A DNA stretch of 64,000 nt from a virus: positions 7,725-71,724 of the IMG/VR virus record IMGVR_UViG_3300014039_000031. The stretch is one strand, 5' to 3'. A model generated the notes under the pieces. The model saw only the letters and a list, made by a program, of their open reading frames with translations. It searched no databases and had not been told where the DNA came from. The position numbers and the translations under genes are program-made. This document shows, in pieces, positions 1 through 10,350 of this stretch; positions within the stretch are counted from its first letter, which is position 1, and each line of letters starts with the position of its first letter.

Positions 1-35
1 TACCTTTTATTTATATAATTAAAAATATAAATAAT

Positions 36-207
36 CTCCATTATAGTCGTTGAACGTCTTTCTTATTATATAAGAAATTTCGCTGCGGATTACCTAATAT
101 TTGACGATTTTACCTTACCTTGGTCATTACCCTTGCCACTATTATATCACTATAATAGCTTGGTTGTCAAATCTCTAAAGGTGTTCCCGCAATTTAGAAG
201 ATTTTAT
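36..207 (-). repeat. Copy A of a ~175-bp conserved element; the near-identical copy B at 7758..7929 lies inside the ORF-less intervening sequence of dnaE; probable group I intron core located 3' of the nrdD exon
   Basis: Direct comparison: tctccattatagtcgttga(a/g)cgt, gattttacc(t/a)taccttggtc, ttcccgcaatttag(a/g)agattt shared. Confidence 0.5.
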
Positions 208-217
208 GTGAGCCTGT

Positions 218-1201
218 TTAATTCGTTAACCCACAAGTACGTGCAGCGACGTCCATCTTGTCTGTGTCTGTATTACCGCAGTTAGAGCACTCCCACCACG
301 TATTCCCATCGGTGTCTTTATGTACATCAATAGTCTGTGACTCGCCGCAAACGTGGCAATAGGAAGTCTTTGTATTAATCTCACAGTACATGATGTTATT
401 ATAAATACATTCTAGAATTGGATACAGAACGGAAATATTCTTAGATACATCTGAACTTTCTACGTAACTTAGGCAACCTCCGACAGAATACTTCTGGAAT
501 TCGCCTTCAAGTTCAATCTTGGAGAATGGGTCAATTGGTTGAGAACTCGGGATGTGATAAGAATTTTCAAAATACTTCTTGTTTCCAAATAGTTTCTTAA
601 ACTGGTCTGGATAACGTTCTTTGGTCTTAATCGCAAACTTGTAACATAATGATTCTGCTGGGGACGCATAAAGCGAATACCCTACGTTCTCTGCTTGTTT
701 CCATTCTTCACACTTGTTTGTCAAGAACTTGAGAATTCGTAACATCAGCTCTTGTCCGTTTTTGGTGAAATTATCTTCACCAATGAGAATCTTAACTGCT
801 TCGTTTCCTCCATTGTATCCAAGCGAGACTGTAGCATATCCATTGTGAACTAGCTTGTCTAGAGTCTCGTCTGGATCTAGTCTAGCTAAGGCTCCATCAA
901 CCCATAAGATTGGAGCTACGCCAGCTTTTGTTTTTGAAAGTCTATCAACTCGAACTTTTAGACCTGTGTGACAAATTTCAGCTCGTTCATCCAGTAATCT
1001 GAAAAAGATTTCAAGAAGATGTTCTTGAGATTTATCCCTGTCATATTTAAGTTCTTCTTGTGCGGCGAAAGCTGTATCTGGAAGATTCAGACTAGAAACG
1101 CCGCAATTGAATCGTCCATAATATTTTGGTTTGCCATCTTCATCTAAATATGGAGATAGGAAACTTCTACAACCCCATGAATATTCTATACAAAACGCCA
1201 C
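218..1201 (-). CDS. nrdD: Anaerobic ribonucleoside-triphosphate reductase NrdD, C-terminal exon (true 5' splice boundary lies inside the ORF; ends right at the glycyl-radical motif)
   Basis: C-terminus CHVCGES...WECSNCGN...AARTCG matches NrdD zinc ribbon plus glycyl radical loop; stop 3 codons later followed by intron-like repeat. Confidence 0.6.
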   Translation of the reverse strand: MAFCIEYSWGCRSFLSPYLDEDGKPKYYGRFNCGVSSLNLPDTAFAAQEELKYDRDKSQEHLLEIFFRLLDERAEICHTGLKVRVDRLSKTKAGVAPILWVDGALARLDPDETLDKLVHNGYATVSLGYNGGNEAVKILIGEDNFTKNGQELMLRILKFLTNKCEEWKQAENVGYSLYASPAESLCYKFAIKTKERYPDQFKKLFGNKKYFENSYHIPSSQPIDPFSKIELEGEFQKYSVGGCLSYVESSDVSKNISVLYPILECIYNNIMYCEINTKTSYCHVCGESQTIDVHKDTDGNTWWECSNCGNTDTDKMDVAARTCGLTN

Positions 1202-1589
1202 TTTTGTATACGTTCTCTTATGAACTGCTATATGTTTACATATAGATTAGACTATATCATATTCTTATTATTATAAGAATTTTTACATTTCGGTTATCTG
1301 TCGCTTATAACCTACGTCACATAAGGACTAGTCGTTAGGCTTTTATAGATATTGAATACTTTTAATCCCTCTGTTTAAATATCCTTTTGTTTTACTATTA
1401 TAAACAACACCCTGTTCATTGACCAAATACCATGACCAATTAGGTATCTTTTTCACATATAATCACCTCCACATTTTCAGGAGGTTTCTTCAACATCTAT
1501 TCTTAGCACGGTAAGTTATCTATATTTTTATAGACTTTCTCCGTTTAGAAAAATTTGCTATCAATATCACTATTGAAAGGCACAGTTAA
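1202..1589 (-). mobile_element. Intervening sequence splitting nrdD; candidate ORF-less group I intron
   Basis: 388 bp, no ORF, separates NrdD N- and C-terminal reading frames; contains ctacgtcacataagga similar to motif in other introns here. Confidence 0.4.
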
Positions 1590-2792
1590 TTAGTTTATGC
1601 AGGGGAAACAATGACCTTCGCCATTTGCATCTACCTTGATTTGCTTCATCACTTTCTCGCTGATATAATCAGGAGTTAAGCGTTTAGCAGAACATTCAAC
1701 CGCTTTCTGAGTTACATGCCAGTATTTAGTACCTGGCTTATAATTATCCTCTTCAAGAACATATAGTAGCTTAGGAAAAGCCTGAGTAACATATACACCT
1801 TGGCGATTCGGCATACCCTTTTCTCTCTGTTTTAGAAACTCTTTGATAAGAAGAACAAGTTCTTCTTTATATTCTTCTGTTTCGCCGATATACATAAATA
1901 AAGAGCAAAAAGGCGCCTGGCCGTTTAATGTAAACAGCGTTGAAATTTGATAATTAAAAGTTTGTACCGAATCTGCAATTTCTTTTTTTAAATCTGCAAG
2001 TGCAAACTTTTCTTTTAGTTCATCTGAAATATCTTCATTTTTATACTTGTTTTTGAAGATATTGTAACTATCACGAACAAAAGGAGCTAAATGAGTTAGT
2101 GTGATGGATTCTCCACCATAAGAATTAGCTGCGACACTAGCCATAATCTGCGTAGTTACAGTCATAGCTGTTAAAAGACGATGCGGCTTATTGATGCGCA
2201 CATTATTAATAACCGTGCCATTTTGCAGCATATCTTCTAGATTGATAAGGTCACAGTTATGAAGGGTTGATTGTGCCATATAATCCATATCATGTTGATG
2301 GCAGATACCAGCATCATGAGCTTCAATGACTTTTTTAGGGAAAATATAATTGCGAGCAATATCTGTGCTTGTAATACCAGCTAGATAATCTCGTTGTACC
2401 GTAACAAGTTTAGCATTTTTATTGCTGTTCTCTGTAGCCCAATAACTTTCTGGGTCATTTTTAATCATATCAAGAATTTCAGCGTCATTGTGTTTCTGAC
2501 GCGCGAGTTGGTGCTCATAACGATAAATCATATAAGATTTAGCGACATGCGGATAATCTCCCATGAGCAATTCTTCAACCGCATCTTGAATCTCTTCAAC
2601 AGTCATCTCATCATGGAAATATTCCGCATCTTGAAAATCTTGTGCGACATTTTTTGCTACGGAATGACAATCACTTTGTTCCCATCCAAGAGAATCAGAA
2701 ACATCACGTGCCGCACGATAGACCGCATTTTCAATCTTAGACAAATCAAATTTTACTTTGCTTCCATTTCGTTTTGTAATATATCTAGTCAA
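1590..2792 (-). CDS. nrdD: NrdD N-terminal exon (ATP-cone plus catalytic barrel N-part)
   Basis: N-terminus MTRYITKRNGSKVKFDLSKIENAV = ATP-cone; class III RNR-like. Confidence 0.7.
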   Translation of the reverse strand: MTRYITKRNGSKVKFDLSKIENAVYRAARDVSDSLGWEQSDCHSVAKNVAQDFQDAEYFHDEMTVEEIQDAVEELLMGDYPHVAKSYMIYRYEHQLARQKHNDAEILDMIKNDPESYWATENSNKNAKLVTVQRDYLAGITSTDIARNYIFPKKVIEAHDAGICHQHDMDYMAQSTLHNCDLINLEDMLQNGTVINNVRINKPHRLLTAMTVTTQIMASVAANSYGGESITLTHLAPFVRDSYNIFKNKYKNEDISDELKEKFALADLKKEIADSVQTFNYQISTLFTLNGQAPFCSLFMYIGETEEYKEELVLLIKEFLKQREKGMPNRQGVYVTQAFPKLLYVLEEDNYKPGTKYWHVTQKAVECSAKRLTPDYISEKVMKQIKVDANGEGHCFPCIN

Positions 2793-3723
2793 TACTTAAT
2801 CCTTTCTCTTGGTGAATAATCTTTAACATATCTTCAATATTTGATTGTAAAGGATAACGGTTGATTGATGTAGAACTCGCGGCAAATTCTTGTTTAACCA
2901 TATCAACATACATTGTGCTTCTACCATCTTCGCCCATATAGAACTGCTTGAATTCTTCTGGCGTCATCAAAGATTGTACATCGATTTGCTGTAACGCAAG
3001 ATTATCAAATGAAATATTCTGGAACCATTTCTCTTCAATCATTCGCGGCAGAGTATTTTGGATATATGCTTGATTGGTTTTAATGTCTTCACCAGCTTGC
3101 ATTAAATAATTTGTTCCACGTCCAAAGTTTTTATATCCAAGAATCAAGATTTTTAAATTATGGTGCGCCAAAGACTCTAGCTCATCTTTTGTAACAATTC
3201 CATTGATTACATGGACAACAATATTTGAATTACTCTTGGCCGCATCGATAAATTGTTTACTTGCATGATTTAAAGAAATACCGATACCATAAATTAATTT
3301 TTTGTCCGATAGCTCTTGAATAAAAGGAATATCCTGCATAAAATGCGTTTGATTAACAGTAATGGATGGAATAAGTTTCAATTTTCGGCACTTATATAGG
3401 AACTCTTCCAGGTCTGGATGTGTCATAATGTCTCCACCACCACAAGCTATTTGAGTGTATGGATGAAGTGAATCGATAAAAGACTTAGAAAGTAAATCAC
3501 CATGCAACCCATCTTTTGTTGACTTTTCATGGCAATAAGGACACCCTTTATAGCACCTATTCGTAATTTTAATATCCATTGAATCTGGAAATTTTGGCCG
3601 CAATTCATCATCTTTTGTATAACGAATCATTGTACCATCATTTAAATTAAGCATTACTACATAATTACCATTTTTATATTTTACAATATTAATGTTTTTA
3701 TCCATCATATCCAAAAAGTCCAA
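2785..3723 (-). CDS. Radical SAM protein (CxxxCxxC), NrdG-like activase candidate (longer than typical NrdG)
   Basis: RCYKGCPYCHE motif; adjacent to nrdD. Confidence 0.5.
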   Translation of the reverse strand: MDFLDMMDKNINIVKYKNGNYVVMLNLNDGTMIRYTKDDELRPKFPDSMDIKITNRCYKGCPYCHEKSTKDGLHGDLLSKSFIDSLHPYTQIACGGGDIMTHPDLEEFLYKCRKLKLIPSITVNQTHFMQDIPFIQELSDKKLIYGIGISLNHASKQFIDAAKSNSNIVVHVINGIVTKDELESLAHHNLKILILGYKNFGRGTNYLMQAGEDIKTNQAYIQNTLPRMIEEKWFQNISFDNLALQQIDVQSLMTPEEFKQFYMGEDGRSTMYVDMVKQEFAASSTSINRYPLQSNIEDMLKIIHQEKGLSID

Positions 3724-4171
3724 ACGCTATCATTTCATCGCCAGATGGAGAAGTAAATTCTTGTTCATAATATTCTAAATCATATATACTCTCAAAATCA
3801 TCATAAGACATAATTCCCAAATCAAAGCGTGCATCTCTACGCTTTTTGTTAACGTCATATGCATCCTCATTCATTTTATCAAAATAGGCGTCATGAAGCA
3901 TATTTGTATCAATGGGATGATACCATCTATTGCCTTTATACTTCTGCTCATAGATTGGCGCATATTCATCTAATGCATCTTGTACTTCTTCTTCTGTATA
4001 GATTTGACTTTGATGTTCTGGTAATAATTTTTGAAAATCATTTGAATAGGTATCAACAATATATGCTTCTCCATGACGAAATTTCCTAAATTCATCGCTT
4101 GTGCATATATTTAACGTATGCGTTGAAGATGAATTCGTTTCAAATACACTTGGCCGCACTTGAAAAATCAT
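3698..4171 (-). CDS. Hypothetical acidic protein
   Basis: ORF in operon context. Confidence 0.4.
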   Translation of the reverse strand: MIFQVRPSVFETNSSSTHTLNICTSDEFRKFRHGEAYIVDTYSNDFQKLLPEHQSQIYTEEEVQDALDEYAPIYEQKYKGNRWYHPIDTNMLHDAYFDKMNEDAYDVNKKRRDARFDLGIMSYDDFESIYDLEYYEQEFTSPSGDEMIAFGLFGYDG

Positions 4172-4246
4172 ATGTTATCCTTTCTATATAATATAAAAAT
4201 TCAATTATGTGATTATAACTATATTGTCCATGCATTAAAATGGATA

Positions 4247-4879
4247 TTATTTACACATTAACTCATTTACGCAATATTCAACGTAAAGGTTATTCACGAT
4301 TTTGCATACTGGATTTTTCACTTTTTTCGTTTTTATCCAAAGATAATTATCATGCGCTCTCGCACCAAGTCCAAACCATACATCAAAGCAATACTTATCT
4401 CCGAAATCATTATGGTCGGTCCAAGCTCTGCGCAAATATTCAAGTTTGAATTTATGCTCACGTTTATACGAACGTATCATTCTGATAATGAATGGAGTAT
4501 CTAGATATACATAAATAACTGTATATCGTCTTCCATATGAACTCAACGAATGAACGCCTTGCGGATTAAGTACGCAAACATTGACACTATTTTTTTTAAA
4601 AGAATTGACAGATGTGCCATAGTACCAATCACGGAATTCCGCACATTCAAGAAATTCATGGTTATGCTTTTTTTGCATAAATTCCATAGAATTTATAAAA
4701 TGATAATCTTCGCCATCAACTTCTCCTTCTCTCGGAGGACGTGTGGTATATGATACAACTTTATTTACTGGAACATTCTTAGACTTATAATACTTTACAA
4801 TTTGATTCTGCGTATAATTTTTTCCAGATGCAGACTTGCCGCAAATCGCTATTACTATTGGTTTCATTTTACCTCTCAA
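4247..4879 (-). CDS. Guanylate kinase-like nucleoside monophosphate kinase
   Basis: P-loop GKSASGK and TTRPPREGEVDGEDYHF guanylate kinase signature. Confidence 0.7.
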   Translation of the reverse strand: MRGKMKPIVIAICGKSASGKNYTQNQIVKYYKSKNVPVNKVVSYTTRPPREGEVDGEDYHFINSMEFMQKKHNHEFLECAEFRDWYYGTSVNSFKKNSVNVCVLNPQGVHSLSSYGRRYTVIYVYLDTPFIIRMIRSYKREHKFKLEYLRRAWTDHNDFGDKYCFDVWFGLGARAHDNYLWIKTKKVKNPVCKIVNNLYVEYCVNELMCK

Positions 4880-4951
4880 TAAAAATATAGGAGCAAACCT
4901 TTTCTGTTTACTCCTATATTATATCAAAATATTATTCAATTGTCAAAAATT

Positions 4952-6265
4952 TTATTCTTCACCATACCGTCTATTTGTCATTTCAATAGTACCATCAGAA
5001 TTGATTTGAGTGATTTTATATAACTGGTGCTGTGTTTGGCCTTTGCGTTTATATGCTTTTAAAATGAAAGTATCACCACGCCTAAAACCATTGCAAACTA
5101 CTAAAGTACCACGCTGAAAAAATCCTTGTTCCATAATTTTTTTTGAACCATCTGGCTTAATCTCACTAATACGTTTATTGTATTGAGAAAAGTATTCTTT
5201 AGACATTTTTACGTTAGCAATTCCTCCAAGAGTAGCTAAAGTAATCTGTGAATGTAATTCATCTTTTGCGATAACAGTCCCGGCTATGCGGCAAGTCTTA
5301 AAAATAGGAATATCTATATCATTACGTTTAAAAGTATAATCTACAGTCGGGGTTTGCGGCAAATCGTTAAAAGATACAATATCATACATATTCATTTTTA
5401 CATGAGATAATTCATGCTCATGGTAATACATGCCTAATGATTCCATTTCCCAATGAGAAATCGAACCAGCCGCATATTTATTCCATGCATCTTGGTCCAT
5501 TTTACCATTTAGTTTATTAAGTAGTTCTTGTTGATTCTCAATGATATAAGATTTTGCCGCACTCATTACCTTATCATATTCCTTTTTCCATACTTTTTTG
5601 TTAAGACATAATTGGTTGTCTATTGGCTCAATCATATCTTCATCAAAAAATTTGATAAAGAATTTATAATATACATCATGTAGCGCAAAATATTCCGAAT
5701 TAAATTTGCAATCTTTTTTTAATCCTTTATTAAAATTAAAAACTCGCTTTTGAATAATTAATCCTTTTGGAATTAAATTATTTTCAATTAAGGCATTAAA
5801 ATTCTGTAAAGTCAATTTCTTTTTAGGGTTAGTTGTAGTATGAAGATACTTCCGCATAATATCTTTACGTCCCCCAAAAGAATCAAAAGCACCAGACTTA
5901 ATTAATGATACCATAACAGTCTTATTAACTTTTGTCTTTCCTTCAAAATCTTCTAAAGACTTATAAGGGCGGTTTTCAATAATTTTTAAAGCAACTTCAT
6001 TGCCTACCCCTTGAAGCCCGCCAAGACCATAATGAATTACATTATTGTCTGCATCTGGTGTAAAAGAAAGCTCTGACTTATTTATGTCAATAAGTGAAAT
6101 TTTAATTCCTTCATTTTTCATCTTATTAACTGCTCGTGCGATTTTATTGTAATCAGATGATTTGTCATCCAAACCGGCAATCGTACCGCTATCGACAATA
6201 AGATTTGCACAGTTCCAAAAAATGACTGGAAATCGGAACGCTAAATTCATTTCTTGAAGGGCCAC
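4952..6265 (-). CDS. dnaE: DNA polymerase III alpha (DnaE-type) exon 3 (fingers/HhH/OB region)
   Basis: YGLGGLQGVGNEVALKIIENRPYKSLEDF = DnaE HhH region. Confidence 0.7.
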   Translation of the reverse strand: MALQEMNLAFRFPVIFWNCANLIVDSGTIAGLDDKSSDYNKIARAVNKMKNEGIKISLIDINKSELSFTPDADNNVIHYGLGGLQGVGNEVALKIIENRPYKSLEDFEGKTKVNKTVMVSLIKSGAFDSFGGRKDIMRKYLHTTTNPKKKLTLQNFNALIENNLIPKGLIIQKRVFNFNKGLKKDCKFNSEYFALHDVYYKFFIKFFDEDMIEPIDNQLCLNKKVWKKEYDKVMSAAKSYIIENQQELLNKLNGKMDQDAWNKYAAGSISHWEMESLGMYYHEHELSHVKMNMYDIVSFNDLPQTPTVDYTFKRNDIDIPIFKTCRIAGTVIAKDELHSQITLATLGGIANVKMSKEYFSQYNKRISEIKPDGSKKIMEQGFFQRGTLVVCNGFRRGDTFILKAYKRKGQTQHQLYKITQINSDGTIEMTNRRYGEE

Positions 6266-7461
6266 TAATGAGTACGCTAACGTATGTGATAAATTACGTT
6301 ATAAAATAACTGACTATTTCTTACGCTTTTTACCCAAGAGCCACTTGGTAAGCGCACGCTGTTTCCATCTACGTATCAATAGTAAATGTACTCTCGGTCT
6401 AACCCAAGATAGTCGATACAGCATTATTTGAAAAGATTATTCCATGTTTCTCTATTTGCCATTAGGTTATCTCGTAAAGGATATAAGAACCTATCATCGT
6501 AACGATTGCGGCCAACGTTAATTGCTGTAAAGGTTGATTTTGATTTATTGTATTTTTTCCCTAATGCTATCATAGATATATTAGTAAACAATAAATCATG
6601 TATAGCTTTTTTACCAAAATCTATATCAGCACACGCTTTATAACATAACGGATAAGTTTCATCATCTCTGTGCCACCTATGGCCAGAATTTATTTCACTC
6701 AAATATCCTTTACTAATATGATACTCGGCAGCAATATCATCATAATATTGTCCATTTTTAATTGCTTGAATAATTTTATCTTGTATTGCTTTTGAGTAAC
6801 TTGTTTTGTTCTTACCTAACGGATAATCTAATTTTTCGTTATAAAAATTTAAGCCAGAAGCTATGTTAGATAAAAAAGTGTTTGTCAAAATTGGATATTT
6901 TTGATAAATTTCAAAATATGCATATCCATCTACTAACATTTTTTGAATATCTGTCACTTGCTCTATGGTAAATACTTTACTACAAGCAACCCTTTCTTCA
7001 AAAGTTTTCGGATGCGGCATTTTGCCACTCCCGCCTATTTTAATATTGTATCCATTTTGGCTAGTTAATGATTTATAATATGCAATAAAGAAAATTTCTC
7101 TTTCGTCTACATATTCTTGTCCTAAACTGTCGTCAATTTCTTCTACAATTTCAAAATTAAAATTATTCCATCCATATTTTCTAATAGCATTGTGAAACGC
7201 ATTGGTGTAATCAGGTGATTTAGGATTATAAGCCGTAGATTTATGTCCACGTTTACGCTTCTCGATATTATTTGTTTGTCCTATGTATATTTTATCATTA
7301 ATTTTATTTGTAAATTTATAAATATAATGCATTTCCCCTCCCCTCATATAAAATAAATCTTTTCAAATTTTGCCACGAGATTTTACCCTCGTTAGCCTTA
7401 TATATTCTTCATTGGCTAAAAGTTAGAATTATAATTATATAAGACCATATTGATAAATATT
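6266..7461 (-). mobile_element. Intervening sequence B in dnaE carrying GIY-YIG homing endonuclease (group I intron-like)
   Basis: Separates dnaE exon 2 and 3 frames with stops; shares 16-mer ctacgtatcaatagta (6385..6400) with dnaB intron. Confidence 0.55.
6424..7347 (-). CDS. GIY-YIG homing endonuclease
   Basis: YIYKFTNKINDKIYIGQTNNIEKRKRGH N-terminal GIY-YIG. Confidence 0.8.
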   Translation of the reverse strand: MRGGEMHYIYKFTNKINDKIYIGQTNNIEKRKRGHKSTAYNPKSPDYTNAFHNAIRKYGWNNFNFEIVEEIDDSLGQEYVDEREIFFIAYYKSLTSQNGYNIKIGGSGKMPHPKTFEERVACSKVFTIEQVTDIQKMLVDGYAYFEIYQKYPILTNTFLSNIASGLNFYNEKLDYPLGKNKTSYSKAIQDKIIQAIKNGQYYDDIAAEYHISKGYLSEINSGHRWHRDDETYPLCYKACADIDFGKKAIHDLLFTNISMIALGKKYNKSKSTFTAINVGRNRYDDRFLYPLRDNLMANRETWNNLFK

Positions 7462-7692
7462 TTAGCGTGTAGGGTCCAACGTCTCAAACCCATATCCTCG
7501 ACTTGTAGCTACGCATACATTCCAAACGTAGTTACATAAGTTTTTACTAAGGTGTCGTTCGCGTACTCTTTCAAAGTATTCTTTTTCGCATTCTTTATAT
7601 GCTTCAGGTTGTTTCTTTGCCACGGATTTGCGGAGTCTATCGGCGAAGTTTAGATCAAAACCACCGCATTCAGGTATTTGAACCAACATCAT
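7462..7692 (-). CDS. dnaE: DnaE exon 2 (short middle exon)
   Basis: LVQIPECGGFDLNFADRLRKSV...SRGYGF aligns with DnaE [23 protein letters not shown]...AGYGF. Confidence 0.6.
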   Translation of the reverse strand: MMLVQIPECGGFDLNFADRLRKSVAKKQPEAYKECEKEYFERVRERHLSKNLCNYVWNVCVATSRGYGFETLDPTR

Positions 7693-8040
7693 AAACCTTT
7701 ATACCCCTGCTTTCGCAGTATTTGTTAGGGAGTAGACTATACAATCAACTTTCGTTGTCTCCATTATAGTCGTTGAGCGTTTCTCTGTTCTAGAGACTTC
7801 GATGCGTCTGGTTACCCAATCCTTAGTGATTTTACCATACCTTGGTCGCTAACCTTGCCGCCAATACATCCCTGTACTGGTTTGGTTACTAAGGCTCTAA
7901 GGGCTTTCCCGCAATTTAGGAGATTTATAGAGCGCTTTATAATTTTTATATTAAATAAAATTTTTCTTTTTTTTCGAGTTAAAAAGGAATCAAAATATTC
8001 ACCTCCAATCTTTTAATTCCTTTTTAACTTGTTTAGGTTG
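7693..8040 (-). mobile_element. Intervening sequence A in dnaE, ORF-less, contains repeat copy B (7758..7929)
   Basis: Exon 1 stops at ...YGICESQER* and exon 2 resumes MMLVQIP (DnaE YGIxxYQEQVMQIAQ); no ORF. Confidence 0.5.
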
Positions 8041-10350
8041 TTAACGCTCTTGCGACTCACAGATTCCGTATGAGATTTTCAGAACAGGTTCTAGAATCTT
8101 TTGTTCCTGTTTTGTTAACCCGTAATCGTCCATTTCTTGGTACCATAAAGATATATCTTTTTTAAACCTTGCGTATTTTTCAAGCGGTTGCTCCGCACCT
8201 TTTTCTTGTGCCATTAATCTGATTACACTATTTAAAGTAGCCAAATCGTCTACTGATTGCGGATGCGTTAATGCAATCCCCTGTACGCCACTTGACTTTT
8301 CCATCTGGAAACATGATTGAATTTTATGGTTCCAAAGCATTTCCCACATCTTAGGGTCATTACGTTCTATCTTATAAATACCAATAGCATTCTCATACGT
8401 CTCTTTTAATGTAGGATATTGCTTCAAATAACCATACTTGCAAAGTAATTCCAAGCATATTTGAATTTTATCCATCGCTTCAACAGAAAGTAGGTCGTAC
8501 TTAATAAGTGATAGTTTTTCAAGGTCATGTAAGTCAAATTGACTAATAATTGTACCATCAGGTGCTCGCATAAGTGCTGCGGTATTGGTAAACGGTTCAT
8601 CTACAAATACCAGTCCACCTGCGTGTATCCCCGAACGGCATACCAAACCTTCAATTCTAGATGCAACTTTCCATAGTTCTGAACGCTGCTTCATTTCTTG
8701 AACAAATGGAACAACAGGTTTCATACCTTCTTTATCGTCTCCATAATAACACTGATGAAGAGAACGAATAAGTCCACGGTCAGAAGGAACCAAAGAAGCA
8801 ATATATTGTGCAATATTGTTATCAATTCCTAGACCACGCGCGGCCGTTAAAATTGCTGATTTAGTTTTTTCTTTTCCAAGAGTAAGTACGTTACAAACCC
8901 TATCTTCACCGTATACATCACGAAATTTTTGAAGAATTTGTCCTCGCCGCAAACCAGACACATCTATGTCAACATCAAGGACAGACACTCGTTCAGGGTT
9001 GAGGAATCGCCAAGGGTATACTTTTGTAGTTTCTCGAAGTGCATTTATCTGGATGATTCCCAGTACATAAAGGATTAAAAAACCTCCGCCAGAGCCTCTT
9101 GAACAGCCGACAATAGACCCTGCTTCCCAAATGGTATCAATAATTTTCTGTAAATTTAGAAAATAAGATGACCAATGCGCATGATTAACAAGAGAACTTT
9201 GCCATACTGAATCAAGTTCTAGATTGATTTCATCGTATGCGGCCTGATTTTGTAAGTCTTTTTTCTCTTGAATACCTTGAAGGATTAGTTTGCCAAGCAA
9301 ATGGTCGCCTTCAAAATCAGATTCAAGAAGGTATTTTAGATTTGGAATTTTATCTTGAAAATCTCTAACTTGCTGCTCAGTGATATAACTATCTTTCCAT
9401 GGAAGTCGAGGAATTTTCAATGGTTTTTTAAGATTATAATCCTCACACTGATTTTTAATACATTCAATGTTTTTATATGCCGCGTATATTTGGTCTTTTG
9501 TCATATAGTTAAAGAAAGATTCAAGCTCTTCTGTACCCATCAAATAAGTTGTTGCATAAAAATCAGAAACCTCACGCTCTCCGTTTTGTGATTTGAGATA
9601 GGCTTCATGAATAAAGGCTTCATCTTTCTTTAAATAATGCGCATCACATGTAATAATATATGGAATATCTAACTTTTCAGATATTTTTAAAAACATCTTA
9701 TTTACAAAAATCTGTTCTGGATTATCAGACGGTTGCATTTCAAGATAAAAGTTACCTTTTCCAAAAATATTTTGAACATATTTTAACCATTTAATTGCCT
9801 GATTAAAATATTGTCTATCATGCGTGTTCATATACTTTACAAGTAACTGTTGGCAAAATCCACCGAGACACGCTGTTGAAGCAATTATATTACCTTGGTT
9901 TGGTTTAATAATATCAATCAAATCTTGATAGTATGTAGGTACTCGCCGCATACCGCGTGCCATATAGGAGCGCATCCACGCACGAGTAGAAATTTCACGA
10001 ATCTGTTGGTGCCCAGCCGCATTTTTTGCCAATAGAATGAAGTGATAATATTTATCTTCTTCTGGATTATAGTTTTCATTATTTAAACCATCGCGGCAAA
10101 GATAAATCTCATTACCTAAAATCACCTTAAAATTAGGATTATCCTTTTTGCGTTTTTCGTATGCTTCTTGTATCTTTACCGCATTTGCAACCGTTTCATG
10201 TTCAGTATATGCAATTACGTCTTGCCCTAATTCAAGTGCATAATCCATAATGCCTTCTACAGTATTTATTGAATCTCTAAGTCTAAGGTTCGAAAAATCA
10301 GTGTGGTTGTGTAAGCTCCCGGGATATTTTGTGAACTTTTTATGTTCCAT
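8041..10350 (-). CDS. dnaE: DnaE exon 1 (PHP domain + polymerase core)
   Basis: N-terminal PHP HNHTDFS, large Pol III alpha core. Confidence 0.8.
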   Translation of the reverse strand: MEHKKFTKYPGSLHNHTDFSNLRLRDSINTVEGIMDYALELGQDVIAYTEHETVANAVKIQEAYEKRKKDNPNFKVILGNEIYLCRDGLNNENYNPEEDKYYHFILLAKNAAGHQQIREISTRAWMRSYMARGMRRVPTYYQDLIDIIKPNQGNIIASTACLGGFCQQLLVKYMNTHDRQYFNQAIKWLKYVQNIFGKGNFYLEMQPSDNPEQIFVNKMFLKISEKLDIPYIITCDAHYLKKDEAFIHEAYLKSQNGEREVSDFYATTYLMGTEELESFFNYMTKDQIYAAYKNIECIKNQCEDYNLKKPLKIPRLPWKDSYITEQQVRDFQDKIPNLKYLLESDFEGDHLLGKLILQGIQEKKDLQNQAAYDEINLELDSVWQSSLVNHAHWSSYFLNLQKIIDTIWEAGSIVGCSRGSGGGFLILYVLGIIQINALRETTKVYPWRFLNPERVSVLDVDIDVSGLRRGQILQKFRDVYGEDRVCNVLTLGKEKTKSAILTAARGLGIDNNIAQYIASLVPSDRGLIRSLHQCYYGDDKEGMKPVVPFVQEMKQRSELWKVASRIEGLVCRSGIHAGGLVFVDEPFTNTAALMRAPDGTIISQFDLHDLEKLSLIKYDLLSVEAMDKIQICLELLCKYGYLKQYPTLKETYENAIGIYKIERNDPKMWEMLWNHKIQSCFQMEKSSGVQGIALTHPQSVDDLATLNSVIRLMAQEKGAEQPLEKYARFKKDISLWYQEMDDYGLTKQEQKILEPVLKISYGICESQER

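Noticed and set aside
2394-2819. 141-aa plus-strand ORF
   Set aside because: Antisense to nrdD exon in AT-rich DNA; low-complexity I/F-rich translation; no promoter/RBS
6266-8040. Inteins in dnaE / topo A / dnaB
   Set aside because: Stop codons and frame changes at every junction; the endonuclease ORFs are free-standing with their own starts, so RNA introns are the parsimonious reading
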